Assembly: GCA_963725865.1 (NCBI GenBank)
Contig: CAVSAC010000012.1
Span: 32,001 to 96,000 of the forward strand
Direction: 5' to 3'
Length of the DNA: 64,000 bases
Origin: Candidatus Eiseniibacteriota bacterium
GTDB taxonomy: Bacteria; Eisenbacteria; RBG-16-71-46
A program made the translations under genes and the position numbers. The notes below the pieces were generated by a model that worked only from the letters and a program-made list of their open reading frames with translations, had not been told where the DNA came from and did no database searches. Shown piece after piece: positions 43,101-52,830 of this stretch. The stretch's first letter is position 1; each line of letters begins with the position of its first letter.

Positions 43101-43739
43101 TGCCTGAGCGATCCGGGCGGCGTGTTCCTGATCTCGACCGGCCGCTCGACCGCGGGCCGCACCAAGGTGCGACTGCAGTATCGCGTCACGCCGGTGATCG
43201 GGCTGCCGGTGGCTGGCGCGAGCGGGTTCACCGCGTGGACTGCGACCGGTGCGCCGGTCGCCAACGGCAGCCTCGCCGCACTCGCCGCCGGCGCCAGTGG
43301 CCTGACCAACGGCGTGCCGTACGCGTGGCAGCTGCGCACGCTCTCGCACTCCGTGTACTTCCCGACCGGCCCGTGGCGCTCGCCGGTGCGCAGCGGCCGG
43401 CTCGAGACCGACTTCCGCGTGCCGGGCACCTGGCTCGCGGTCGACGGTGGCCCCGCGGTGTCGCGGCTGATGCTCGCGGACGCGCGGCCGAACCCGATGC
43501 GGACCGCGACGTCGATCGGCTTCGCGCTCACGCGCTCGGGCGCGGTCTCGCTCGAGGTGCTCGACCTGCAGGGCCGCCGCGTGCGCTCGCTCGCGCGCGG
43601 CGTGCACGCCGCCGGGCTGCACCGCCTCGACTGGGACGGTCGCGGCGAGGATGGCGCGCCGGTCGGAGCCGGCATCTACTTCGTGCGCCTCGAAGCCGAA
43701 GGGCAGGCGTTCAGTCGCAAGCTGGCGTTGCTGCGCTGA
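40196..43739 (+). CDS. Secreted FG-GAP/integrin-alpha repeat protein with C-terminal FlgD-Ig/T9SS-like domain; +1 frameshift near 41519
   Basis: AGGAGG RBS; signal peptide; about 14 AGDVNGDG..D repeats across ORFs 40010-43750 and 41595-43739; CTD PNP..LDLQGRRV..WDG..GIYF. Confidence 0.85.
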
Positions 43740-43753
43740 CGATCGCGTGAGTG

Positions 43754-43795
43754 ATGCCGAGCGGGGGCGGCCATACGGTTGCCCCCGCTCGGCGT
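43754..43795 (+). terminator. Strong GC hairpin after the FG-GAP gene
   Basis: atgccgagcgggggcggcc-atac-ggttgcccccgctcggcgt. Confidence 0.55.
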
Positions 43796-43980
43796 TGGCG
43801 CGCGGGTTCGCGCCCGGTGCTGGATGCGCGCGGGGCTGCACGCGCCGACTCGTGCGTGCGCCCGCACGCCTACAGCCCCGCAAGCCTGCGGCCCCGCGCA
43901 CGCGACCCGCGAGTTGTGGCATGCTGCGCGCCGTGCAGGACCGGCGGAGGGCCGCCGGGCCCGGTCGAAAGGAGATCGAC

Positions 43981-44369
43981 GTGAGAGCGTGGATGTTCGC
44001 AGCGCTGCTGGTGGCGGCACTCGGGATCTCGTGCGGCGGCGACTTCGGCTATCCGGCCGCCGAGAAGGTCGCGGTGGCGTGGACCGCCACGCCCGAAGCG
44101 CAGTCGATGTTCCAGAACCTGTTCGTGCTGAAGCAGACTCGCGACTTCCACGTGACCTGCGCCACCGCGCTGCCGCTGACCGACGACGACAAGGCGGCGA
44201 ACATCGCCGGTGCCTGGTGCGTGACCGTGGGCTTCTCCGGCCGGTGCGCACGTTCGACGGCAAGCCCGCCCCCTGGGACGAGCACTCGATCTCGGTGACC
44301 GTGAAGGCCGACAAGGGCGCTGCGCCCAGCGTGCGATCGTGGGCCGATTGCGCGTGCGGGAAGCCGTAG
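43981..44369 (+). CDS. Small Cys-containing lipoprotein; -1 frameshift near 44248
   Basis: AAAGGAG RBS then GTG; lipobox-like LGISC; coding-like frame continues in ORF 43779-44369 (TFDGKPAPWDEHSI...CACGKP). Confidence 0.6.
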
Positions 44370-44525
44370 GGGCGGGGGACGCGATGAGGGCGCGGCGATT
44401 CGCAGGCCTGAACAGGCGATCGCTGGTGCGAGCGTGCCGCCTCGAGCTGGCGTATCTCCAGTCGAACGAACTCCTGATTGACAGTCTCCTGCGTGTCGGA
44501 CGTCCACTTGCGTGCGCGAGTCGAC

Positions 44526-45250
44526 TCGACCTCGCGCGCGCGGCACCCTCACTCGCGCGGCCCTGATTCCGAAGGCATCGATCATGTCCGCCGCCGTGCC
44601 GCCCTCCGACCGCAGGCCCCTCGCCTCGGCGCGCGGCATCTGCCCGCACACCTTCCTCTCGCCGTCGCTCGCACCATCGCTGCGCGACGGCCCGACTCCA
44701 CCGCGCTCGGCGAGCGCGCCCACTCGCGAGTCCCCACGCTTCGCCCCACCGGCAGTAAAATGGAGGCCGTTCCATGTGCCGCGTCCTCGGGGTTCTGGTT
44801 GCTCATGGCCATGTTGATTCCACGCCCGTCATCCGCGCTGCAGCTCCACTGGGGCTCCGGCGCGACCACGCTGAGCTTCGCAGAAGCCACGCGCTGCACG
44901 CTGGTGGTGCAGGCGGACTCGAGCGAGTCAGCGATTGCCCTCGGAGTGGCGACTGCTGTGGGTCGCCGACAGCAGCACGGACATCAACCCGGTGCCGATC
45001 GACGCGCAGCTTGCCTGCGAGGCGGACCGTGGCGCAGGTGTTGGCGATCGACGAGCCCGCGACATCGCGCGGACAGCGCGGCGCACCTGCGGACGATCCA
45101 CTTCTGCTCCGAGGACGGACCGGCGTCGACGATCGCCGACTACCTGCTGGACCTGCCGGCGGAGAGCCGCGGGCGGTTCAAGGCGGTGGCGCTGGATCCG
45201 AACGATTCCACTCAGGTGATCGAGTCGAACGAGGTGACGTTCAACGGCGG
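44526..45250 (+). repeat. Cassette left arm, copy A (leader plus N-terminal domain); homologous to 50327-51050
   Basis: Starts with identical tcgacctcgcgcgcgcggcaccctcactcgcgcggccct; similarity continues to ttcaacggcgg. Confidence 0.92.
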
Positions 45251-46922
45251 ATACGACGGCGAGTACCCGGTCGCCGTGCTTCGCGTCGCGACCATCCATC
45301 GATCAACAGAGTTCCGGGTGATTGCCGTTGGGACGGGGCTTGAACGGACTGCGACGCTGTCGCTCGAGGCACGCGACGAGTCGTGGAGTCAGCCCCTCAT
45401 GATCGACTCGAGATCGGACCACCAGGTGTCGGCGGTTGCTTCACTGGCGGCAGCAGTGCCGGAGTGCGTGCTGCGGGCCGAGGGCATGGGAGGTTCGGTT
45501 TCGGATCTCACCGTGCTGGCTGAGGTCCCGCCCTCACTCCCGCCGCTCAGCCCGACAGGGTCTTCCTGCCAAGAGAACTTCAAGGAGCACAAGCCGGGCT
45601 TTCCGATCGGAATGATCCAGCCAAAGGACTTCGCGTTCGTGCTGGGTGGATGGACGCCACAGGGCGAGTGGACGTTCCATCTCTTCTACATCCGCCAGAA
45701 CCAGGAAACGAAGAAGTGGCGATTGACCCACGGTGGGCCCGACTCCACTGAACGGAACATCGGGCATGCGGTTTCCAACGATCTCGATGACTGGCCTCAA
45801 GACCTCATCGACACGACCGCGATCGTGTCGCGACCCGGTGCCGCCAACTTCGACAGCAGGCACGTCTGGGCTCCGTCCATCGTGCTCTACGGCCTGACCT
45901 ACTACATGTTCTACACCGGGGTCGATGACGTCGGAGATCAGCGGATGGGTCTGGCAACGTCGACCGATCTCGTCACCTGGACGCAGCGCGACCAGCCCAT
46001 CATCGACTACACGCAGCTCGGATCATGGGCAAATCCGACCTCAACGACGGACCCCTTCACCGGGAATGCCCAGTTCCGCGACCCGTTCGTGATGCCCGAT
46101 CCCGATCCCGCCCACCCTGGCCAATGGCTGATGTACTTCGTGACCATCGCAGCCGACGCCCCTTCGCGGATGGAGGTCGGGGTAGCCAGATCGGACGGGG
46201 ACTTCACAGTTTGGCGTGACAGCTATGGCCTGCCGAGCACGCGGCATCCATACGGTGCCGGGTTCATCGTCGAGTCGCCGCACGTATTCCGCTATCAGGA
46301 CCGTTGGTGGCTCTTCTACACGGCGAACAACCTCGACGTGTGGGGGATTTCCCACCCGAGCGATCCGACGGATCCGGGGACAGCCCTTTGGACCCCGACG
46401 ATGCACTTGGACTCGTTGGTCATCGACGAGGCTACCGGCCTGCCGTCGAACACCTACGACTACTGGAAGGCGTCCGAGTTCCTCGAAGTGAACGTCACCA
46501 ACGACGTGGCCTACCTGGCCGCTTACAACGACCAATCAGTCGGAATCAGTTACATCCCGGTCCAACTCGCAACGACGCCTTATCTCTTCAAGGAGCATTG
46601 CCCGGTCAGCGCCGCCGGTGTCGAATCCGATCTGACGGAACTGCGGGAGGTTGGTCTCCGAGTGTCCGGAGCTGTTCCCAGCCGACTTCCGATCTCGCTT
46701 CGAGTCGAACTCCCGGCTGCCTCGAGCGCGCGGTTGGCGATCTACGATGTCCTCGGCCGAAGGGTCCGCACATTGCACGATGGCGGTCTGGCCCGGGGCA
46801 CGTTCGCGTTCTCCTGGGACGGTCGAAACGAGTCAGGCCACTCGGTAGGTCCTGGCCTCTACTTCGCGCGGTTCCAGACGATCGCCGGCGAGCGGCGGGT
46901 GAGAATGGTGATGATCCGATGA
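44774..46922 (+). CDS. Cassette A gene 1: secreted GH32/GH43-like five-bladed propeller protein with N-terminal unknown domain and CTD (four +1 indels in the first 300 bp)
   Basis: GGAGG RBS then ATG; PKDF, IGHAVSNDL..W, HVWAPSIV, YMFYTG, FRDPFV, VESPH; CTD IYDVLGRRV..WDG..GLYF. Confidence 0.75.
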
Positions 46923-46966
46923 GGCCGGTGCGATTCGCGCCACGGAGCTCGGTGGAGTGTCCCATC

Positions 46967-49534
46967 ATGAACGCACGGCCGCCTTGGCGACGGGGTACTG
47001 AGCAACGCGAGTCAACCCGAGCACGCCGCGAGCGCGCGCTTGCAAGGGTCATTGCGAGCGCGGCGATCGCCTGCTCGCTGGTGGGAGTAACACGCGCTCA
47101 AGAGCCGGACACCGTCCTCTGGGGTCCCAACGCGAACGTGCTGGACATCGCGCGCTCCGGAGACAAGCTCTACATTGCTGGCGCCTTCACCCAGATAGGT
47201 CCGAACACGGGCTCCGGGGTTCCGCTCGACCGCGCGAGTGGGGCGATCGTCCGACCGTTCGCGAAGGTCGCCGGGACCGTGAACGCGGTGGTCGCCGACG
47301 GTCAGGGCGGATGGTTCATTGGCGGTTGGTTTGTCGCTGTGGGGGGCGAGCCCCGTGCGGGGCTCGCCCATGTCCTGGCGAGTGGTCGGGTGGCGCAATG
47401 GAATCCCGGGCAGGATGGACTGGTCGAGGCGCTGGCGCTGCGTGACGGTGTCCTGTACGTCGCGGGGTCGTTCACACGGCTAGGCGGCGCGGCGCGCCGA
47501 TGTCTGGGAGCGCTCGACGCCGAGACGGGTTCCGTCACAGCTTGGGACCCGTCCCCCAATCGACGCGTGCATGCGCTGTGGGTGAGAGACTCGACGCTGT
47601 ACGCCGGAGGCGAATTCGACACGATTGCCAGCGTGGCGCGCAACAGCCTCGCCGAGGTCGAGCTCCAACGGCCAGCAGTCACGAGTTGGGATCCTAGCGT
47701 GGGCTTCAGCGGTTTCGCCGGTACGGTACGTGCGATCGCAGTTGCCGGTGACACGGTGTACTTCGGCGGGAGCTTCGGAAACGTCGGCGGCGTGCCTCGC
47801 TACAACGTCGGCGCGGTGGACGCTCGGACGGCAATGGCCACCGATTGGGATCCGTTTGCCGCTAGCTGCAACTGCAATGACTACGACCCGAGCCCCTATG
47901 TGAGCGAGTTGGCGCTCACCGAGCAGACGGTCCTGATCGCGGGGCACTTCTCCACCGTCGGCGGGCTCGACCGCGGAGGTGTGGCGGAGGTCGATCGCAT
48001 CCTGGGTGCGCCCACGGAGTGGGATCCTCAGGTCGGGCCGCGCTACCCCGACTACGCACCGATTGTGACCGCCCTGGCCGTTGCTGAAAGCACAGTGTAT
48101 GTCAGCGGGTACTTCCACTCGGTCGGTGAACAGGAGCGCTTCTGCCTCGCCGAGATCGAGTTGAGTTCTGGCGGCGCGACCGACTGGAATCCGAGACCGA
48201 ACGGCCCCGCGTACGCGCTTTCCGTAAGCAGCGGGACCGTGTTTGCTGGCGGGCTGTTTGAATCGGTCGGCGAATGGGTGAACCGGCGGCACCTCGCGGT
48301 CCTCGACGCCAAGACTGGAAGGCCGACGGACTGGGACCCGTCACCGGATGGCCTAGGGGTGCAGGGCATCGCGGTTGATGGAGACCGGGTCTACGTCAGC
48401 GGTCATTTCAGCACGATCGGTGGTCAGGAGCGTTCGTCTCTTGCTGCGCTCGACACGCTCACCGGCCAGGCCCTGCCATGGGCTCCGAACCCCAACTACA
48501 CCTGCGGACCCATCAAGATCGCCGACGGGCGACTCTATGTCGTGGGCGGCTTCACCGCGATCGGTGGCGTGCCGCGCGGCCGCGCCGCTTCGTTCGACCT
48601 GGCTACCGGGGAGTTGACCAGCTGGGACCCGAATGCCAGCGATGAGGTCTACGATGTCGCTGTCATCGACCGCGTCGCGTTCATAGGTGGGTTCTTCCGA
48701 ACGGTGGGTGGCCTACCGCGGTCCTCTGTCGCAGCGGTCGACGCCACGTCTGGTGCGGTCCTCGATTGGAATCCGGTCCTGGGTGCGTGGGTTGATGCCA
48801 TTGAGGCCAACGACAGCACGGTCTTCATCGGGGGAGGATTCCAGGTGGTGAATGGCCTGCCGCGCGAGCGCTTCGCCGCCCTCGACGCGAAGACAGGGGA
48901 GCTACGGGACTGGAGCGCCGACGCCAGCCTGTCGAATCCCTATCTCGCGAGGGTCTTCACGCTCGACTTGGTCCACGACACGCTGTACGCCGGTGGCAAC
49001 TTCGATCACATCGCGGGTCAACCTCGTAGCAGCCTGGTGGCGCTCGACGCCGAGTCGGGTCGAGTGTTGGACTGGGACCCACACCTTGGGGGCCTCAATG
49101 GAGACCCCCCGCCCAGAACTGGGGTGATCTGGTCGGTGAGTGCCATCGGGAACACACTCTTCGTCGGCGGTTCATTCGGTTGGGCGGGGACCGATCCGAT
49201 CTCGTGCTTCGCCGCGCTCTCGCGCGCCCCCCAGTCCGACACCATTCCCGAGCCCACGCCGATCCCGATGCGGCTTGCTATCGACGCCGTCAGCCCCAAT
49301 CCCGTGCGCTCGAACTCGACGATCCGGTTCTCCATCCCGACTCTCGGCCCGGTGACTCTGGCGATCTTCGACCTGCAAGGCCGCCGAGTCGAGACGCTCC
49401 TGAAGGACGAACCGTTGCTGGCCGGTGTGCACGTCGTGCGACTGCCCGCCACAGACCGGCCCATAGGCTGCTATTTCTGTCGGCTTCAGTCAGGCGGCAA
49501 GATCGCAACGCGCAAGTTCATCGCGCTGCGATAG
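46967..49534 (+). CDS. Cassette A gene 2: secreted repeat beta-propeller protein with CTD
   Basis: About 13 repeats of LYxGGxF..GG..R..LAAxD..TG...WxP; CTD PNP..IFDLQGRRV..YFCRL..RK; alternative start ATG 46919 overlaps the gene 1 stop. Confidence 0.8.
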   Translation: MNARPPWRRGTEQRESTRARRERALARVIASAAIACSLVGVTRAQEPDTVLWGPNANVLDIARSGDKLYIAGAFTQIGPNTGSGVPLDRASGAIVRPFAKVAGTVNAVVADGQGGWFIGGWFVAVGGEPRAGLAHVLASGRVAQWNPGQDGLVEALALRDGVLYVAGSFTRLGGAARRCLGALDAETGSVTAWDPSPNRRVHALWVRDSTLYAGGEFDTIASVARNSLAEVELQRPAVTSWDPSVGFSGFAGTVRAIAVAGDTVYFGGSFGNVGGVPRYNVGAVDARTAMATDWDPFAASCNCNDYDPSPYVSELALTEQTVLIAGHFSTVGGLDRGGVAEVDRILGAPTEWDPQVGPRYPDYAPIVTALAVAESTVYVSGYFHSVGEQERFCLAEIELSSGGATDWNPRPNGPAYALSVSSGTVFAGGLFESVGEWVNRRHLAVLDAKTGRPTDWDPSPDGLGVQGIAVDGDRVYVSGHFSTIGGQERSSLAALDTLTGQALPWAPNPNYTCGPIKIADGRLYVVGGFTAIGGVPRGRAASFDLATGELTSWDPNASDEVYDVAVIDRVAFIGGFFRTVGGLPRSSVAAVDATSGAVLDWNPVLGAWVDAIEANDSTVFIGGGFQVVNGLPRERFAALDAKTGELRDWSADASLSNPYLARVFTLDLVHDTLYAGGNFDHIAGQPRSSLVALDAESGRVLDWDPHLGGLNGDPPPRTGVIWSVSAIGNTLFVGGSFGWAGTDPISCFAALSRAPQSDTIPEPTPIPMRLAIDAVSPNPVRSNSTIRFSIPTLGPVTLAIFDLQGRRVETLLKDEPLLAGVHVVRLPATDRPIGCYFCRLQSGGKIATRKFIALR

Positions 49535-49626
49535 GGCGTCCGCGTCGGTGAGCAGAGCGCGTTGCGTCACCGGGGCTGGGCGTGACGTCCGGCGTTCTTC
49601 GCATCATCCGGTGCTACTCCTTCCCC

Positions 49627-50148
49627 TCAGAAGTGCTCGTCCCCCGGGAACACCACCGCGTCCCGTGTCCCAAGCCTCCGATCCCACGGGCCGCCGCGCC
49701 AGTTGTCGCGGTGGCCCTCGGCCGGCAGCCAGCCGGGCAGGTCGAGCATCAGGTGCGCGGCCAGCGCCTGCGCGTAGGGCTCGTAGAGCTTGCGCAGCGC
49801 GGTCAGCCGCTCCACGAACTCGGGTGAGTCGGGCACGCGGATCGACGCCTCTGCGAGCTGCTCGCGCAGTCGCCGCAGCGCGCCGGCATCCAGCCGATCG
49901 GGCGCGCCGGGCGCGTAGCGCGGCACGAAGATCTGCGTCACGTCCACCAGCGTGTGGCGCGCCATCGCGAACGTGAGCTGCGCCTGCTCCGAGGGCATGC
50001 CCTCGATGCCGGCGACGATCAGCGCGCTCGAGTCGAGGATCGCGGTGAGTGCTGCGAGCCACGACTGATTGCTGTGCTGCGAGCGGTAGTACGCGAGCAG
50101 CGGATAGTCGTTGCGGCTGTGGGAGTCGCCGTGGGTGTTCGCGCTCAT
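49627..50148 (-). pseudogene. C-terminal fragment of a potassium-channel-family protein
   Basis: YPLLAYYRSQH.NQSWLAALTAILD, LTFAMARH, LR..YEPY..AL resembles the cytoplasmic tail of bacterial Ion_trans_2 proteins; pore and TM part absent. Confidence 0.55.
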
Positions 50149-50326
50149 CGTCGCGATGCTGAGCGTCGAGTGGGCGTGGCGGCGGAGACGCGGGCTGCCG
50201 TAGCGGCGAGGCGAGGCGTCCCGAGTTCCTGAGGCCCGGTGGAGATGGGTGGTTTCTCCATCCCGCAGCGAATACCGCTTGCCCCCCCCCCCCGGTCACG
50301 GGTGTTCACTCTCTTCGCGCGACGCA

Positions 50327-51050
50327 TCGACCTCGCGCGCGCGGCACCCTCACTCGCGCGGCCCTCTGCCTTCGAAGGCATCGATCATGTTCGCCGCCGT
50401 GCCGCCCGTTCACCTCAGGCCCCTCGCCCTCGCGCATGGCTCCTGCCTGCACACCCTCCTCACGCGGTCGCTCGCACCGCTTCGCCGTGATGGCTCCGCT
50501 CCGCTGTACCTCGTGAGCGCACCCACCCTCGAGCCCACCGCTGCAGCCCACCCCGCAGTACAATGGAGGCCGTTCCATGTGCCGCATACTCGGGGTTCTG
50601 GTTCTCATGGCCATGCTCGATTCCACGCTCGTCATTCGCGCTTCAGCTCCACTGGGGCTCTGGCGCCACCACGCTGAGCTTTGCAGAGGCGACGCGCTGC
50701 ACGCTGGTGGTGCAGGCGGACTCGAGCGAGTCGCGATTGCCCTCGGAGTGGCGACTGCTGTGGGTCGCCGATAGCAGCACCGACATCAGCCCGGTGCCGA
50801 TCGACGCGCAGCTCGCGTGTGAGGCGGACATGGCGCAGGTGTCCGCGGTGGACGGGCCCGCGAATGCCGCCGACAGTGCTGCGCACCTGCGGACGATCCA
50901 CTTCTGCTCCGAGGACGGACCGGCGTCGACGATCGCGCAGTACCTGCTGGACCTGCCGGCGGAGAGCCGCGGGCGATTCAAGGCGGTGGCACTGGATCCG
51001 AGCGATTCCACGCAGGTGATCGAGTCGAATGAGGCGACGTTCAACGGCGG
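50327..51050 (+). repeat. Cassette left arm, copy B
   Basis: Direct-repeat homolog of 44526-45250. Confidence 0.92.
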
Positions 51051-52719
51051 GATCGGTGGTGACTACGCTCCTGCCGTGCTCAACGTTTCGATCTCCCACT
51101 CTGGCGGCGATCTCACCATCACGGCCATCGGGGCTGGCCTCGCCGATGCGGGCACGATGGCCCTGGCGGCACCGGACACGTCGTGGCGCATGCCGCTGAC
51201 CATCACCCAGCGCAACGCGAATCGTGCGGTCGCGGCCGGCTACCTCGGCATTCCGGTCCCCGACTGCAACCTCGACCTCGCCGGTTCCTCCGGTGGGCTC
51301 ACCACGACCGCGATGAGCGCGGAAGCGCAAACCACGCAGCCCATGGCGCCCATTGGGTCCTCCGCCAAGTTCGTACCCGCCTACGATATCGTCCAGCCGA
51401 AGGACTTCGCCTTCTACTACCAGCAGCAGCTCGGCCTCTTCCACCTGTTCTACATCGTCCAGAACCGGGTGATCCTCGGGAACCTGGGCGAGGATGCCAC
51501 CGAGCGGTGCATCGGCCACGCCTGGTCGAACGACCTCGAGCACTGGACGATCATGGATAGCGTCCTCACGGTCCGATCCGACAACTGGGACAACCTCCAT
51601 ATCTGGGCGCCGACGATCGTTCAGAAGGACCTGCAGTTCAAGCTGTTCTACACCGCCGTGCATCTCGACGGCGACGGGAACCGGATCCAGAAGATCGGAC
51701 TGGCCACCGCCGACGCCACGTTGCCGTACGACAGCCTGAAGACGTGGACGCCCCGCGACTCGTCGGTGTTCTCCTGCTACCAGGTGCCGTGGGCGAACAA
51801 GAACACGCGGGTCTACGACGGCCAGCAGTTCCGCGATCCGTTCGTCATGCCCGACCCGGACTCGGTGGGCCGCTACCTGATGTACTTCGTCACCATCCAC
51901 AAGGACGAGACCGAACAGATGGTGGTCGGCCTGGCGCGCTCAGCGGGGGACCTGACGGCGTGGCGCAGCTACGGGCCGATGCACGGTACCGAGCATCAGT
52001 ACACCGGAACCACGAACAAGCACGTCGAGTCCCCGCATCTGTTCCAGCACTACGACGTCACGTCGGGCACGCTGTCGCGCTGGCTGCTCCTGACGACGAG
52101 CACCAACCTGTCCGAGCGGAACATGCACTTCCAGCGGACGCTCGGCTCGCCCAGCGACACGCTGGCCGGGCCCTGGGTGCCCACCACCGAGCTGTTCACG
52201 TACCTGGCTGGGGACTCGACCGTCGACTACTGGCATGCGACGGAGTACCTCCCCGTCCCGGCGAGGATCGGCGGCTACGCGACAACGCACGAGTTCCTGG
52301 CGGCGTACGACGACTGGACGTGGGGCATCGACATCAACGAGATCCTGTGGAACGCGAACCCGGCGGCGCCGTACTACGCCGACTTCACGCTCGCGTATCC
52401 ATCGCTGGCGTCTGCTGACCCGGGGACGGCCGCGCCTCGGGAGGGAGCCCGTCTGCTGCTGCTCGGACGTCTGCCGGCCATGAGCGAAGCGCGCGTCGCG
52501 GTGGACTTGCCCGCCGGCGCACACGCCATCGTGACGGTGCTGGATGTCCAGGGTCGCAGCGTCCGAACGCTGGTGCGGGGCGTGCTGCCGGCCGGCCGGA
52601 CGACCGCACGCTGGGATGGTCGCGCGAACGATGGGCGACGGGTGCCGAGCGGCGTGTACTTCGTGCGCCTGAACGCGGAGGGGGTGGAGCGAACCGCTCG
52701 GCTCGTGCTGCTTCACTAG
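50577..52719 (+). CDS. Cassette B gene 1: secreted GH32/GH43-like propeller protein with CTD (+1 indel near 50618)
   Basis: PKDF, FHLFYI, IGHAWSNDLEHW, HIWAPTIV, FRDPFV, VESPH; CTD LDVQGRSV..WDG..SGVYF. Confidence 0.8.
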
Positions 52720-52830
52720 ATCCGGTTCTTCGCTGCCGCGTCCGCCAGGACGTGGCGCTGTTCCAGGCGACTTCGGTGCCACGCTCGATGGCGTGATAGG
52801 AGTGATGATGACTCGGCTCGACGGTGCGTC

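Noticed and set aside
44384..44566. 60-aa ORF ending DLARAAPSLARP upstream of cassette A
   Set aside because: Only its last 12 codons match copy B, within the identical DNA block; no independent coding evidence
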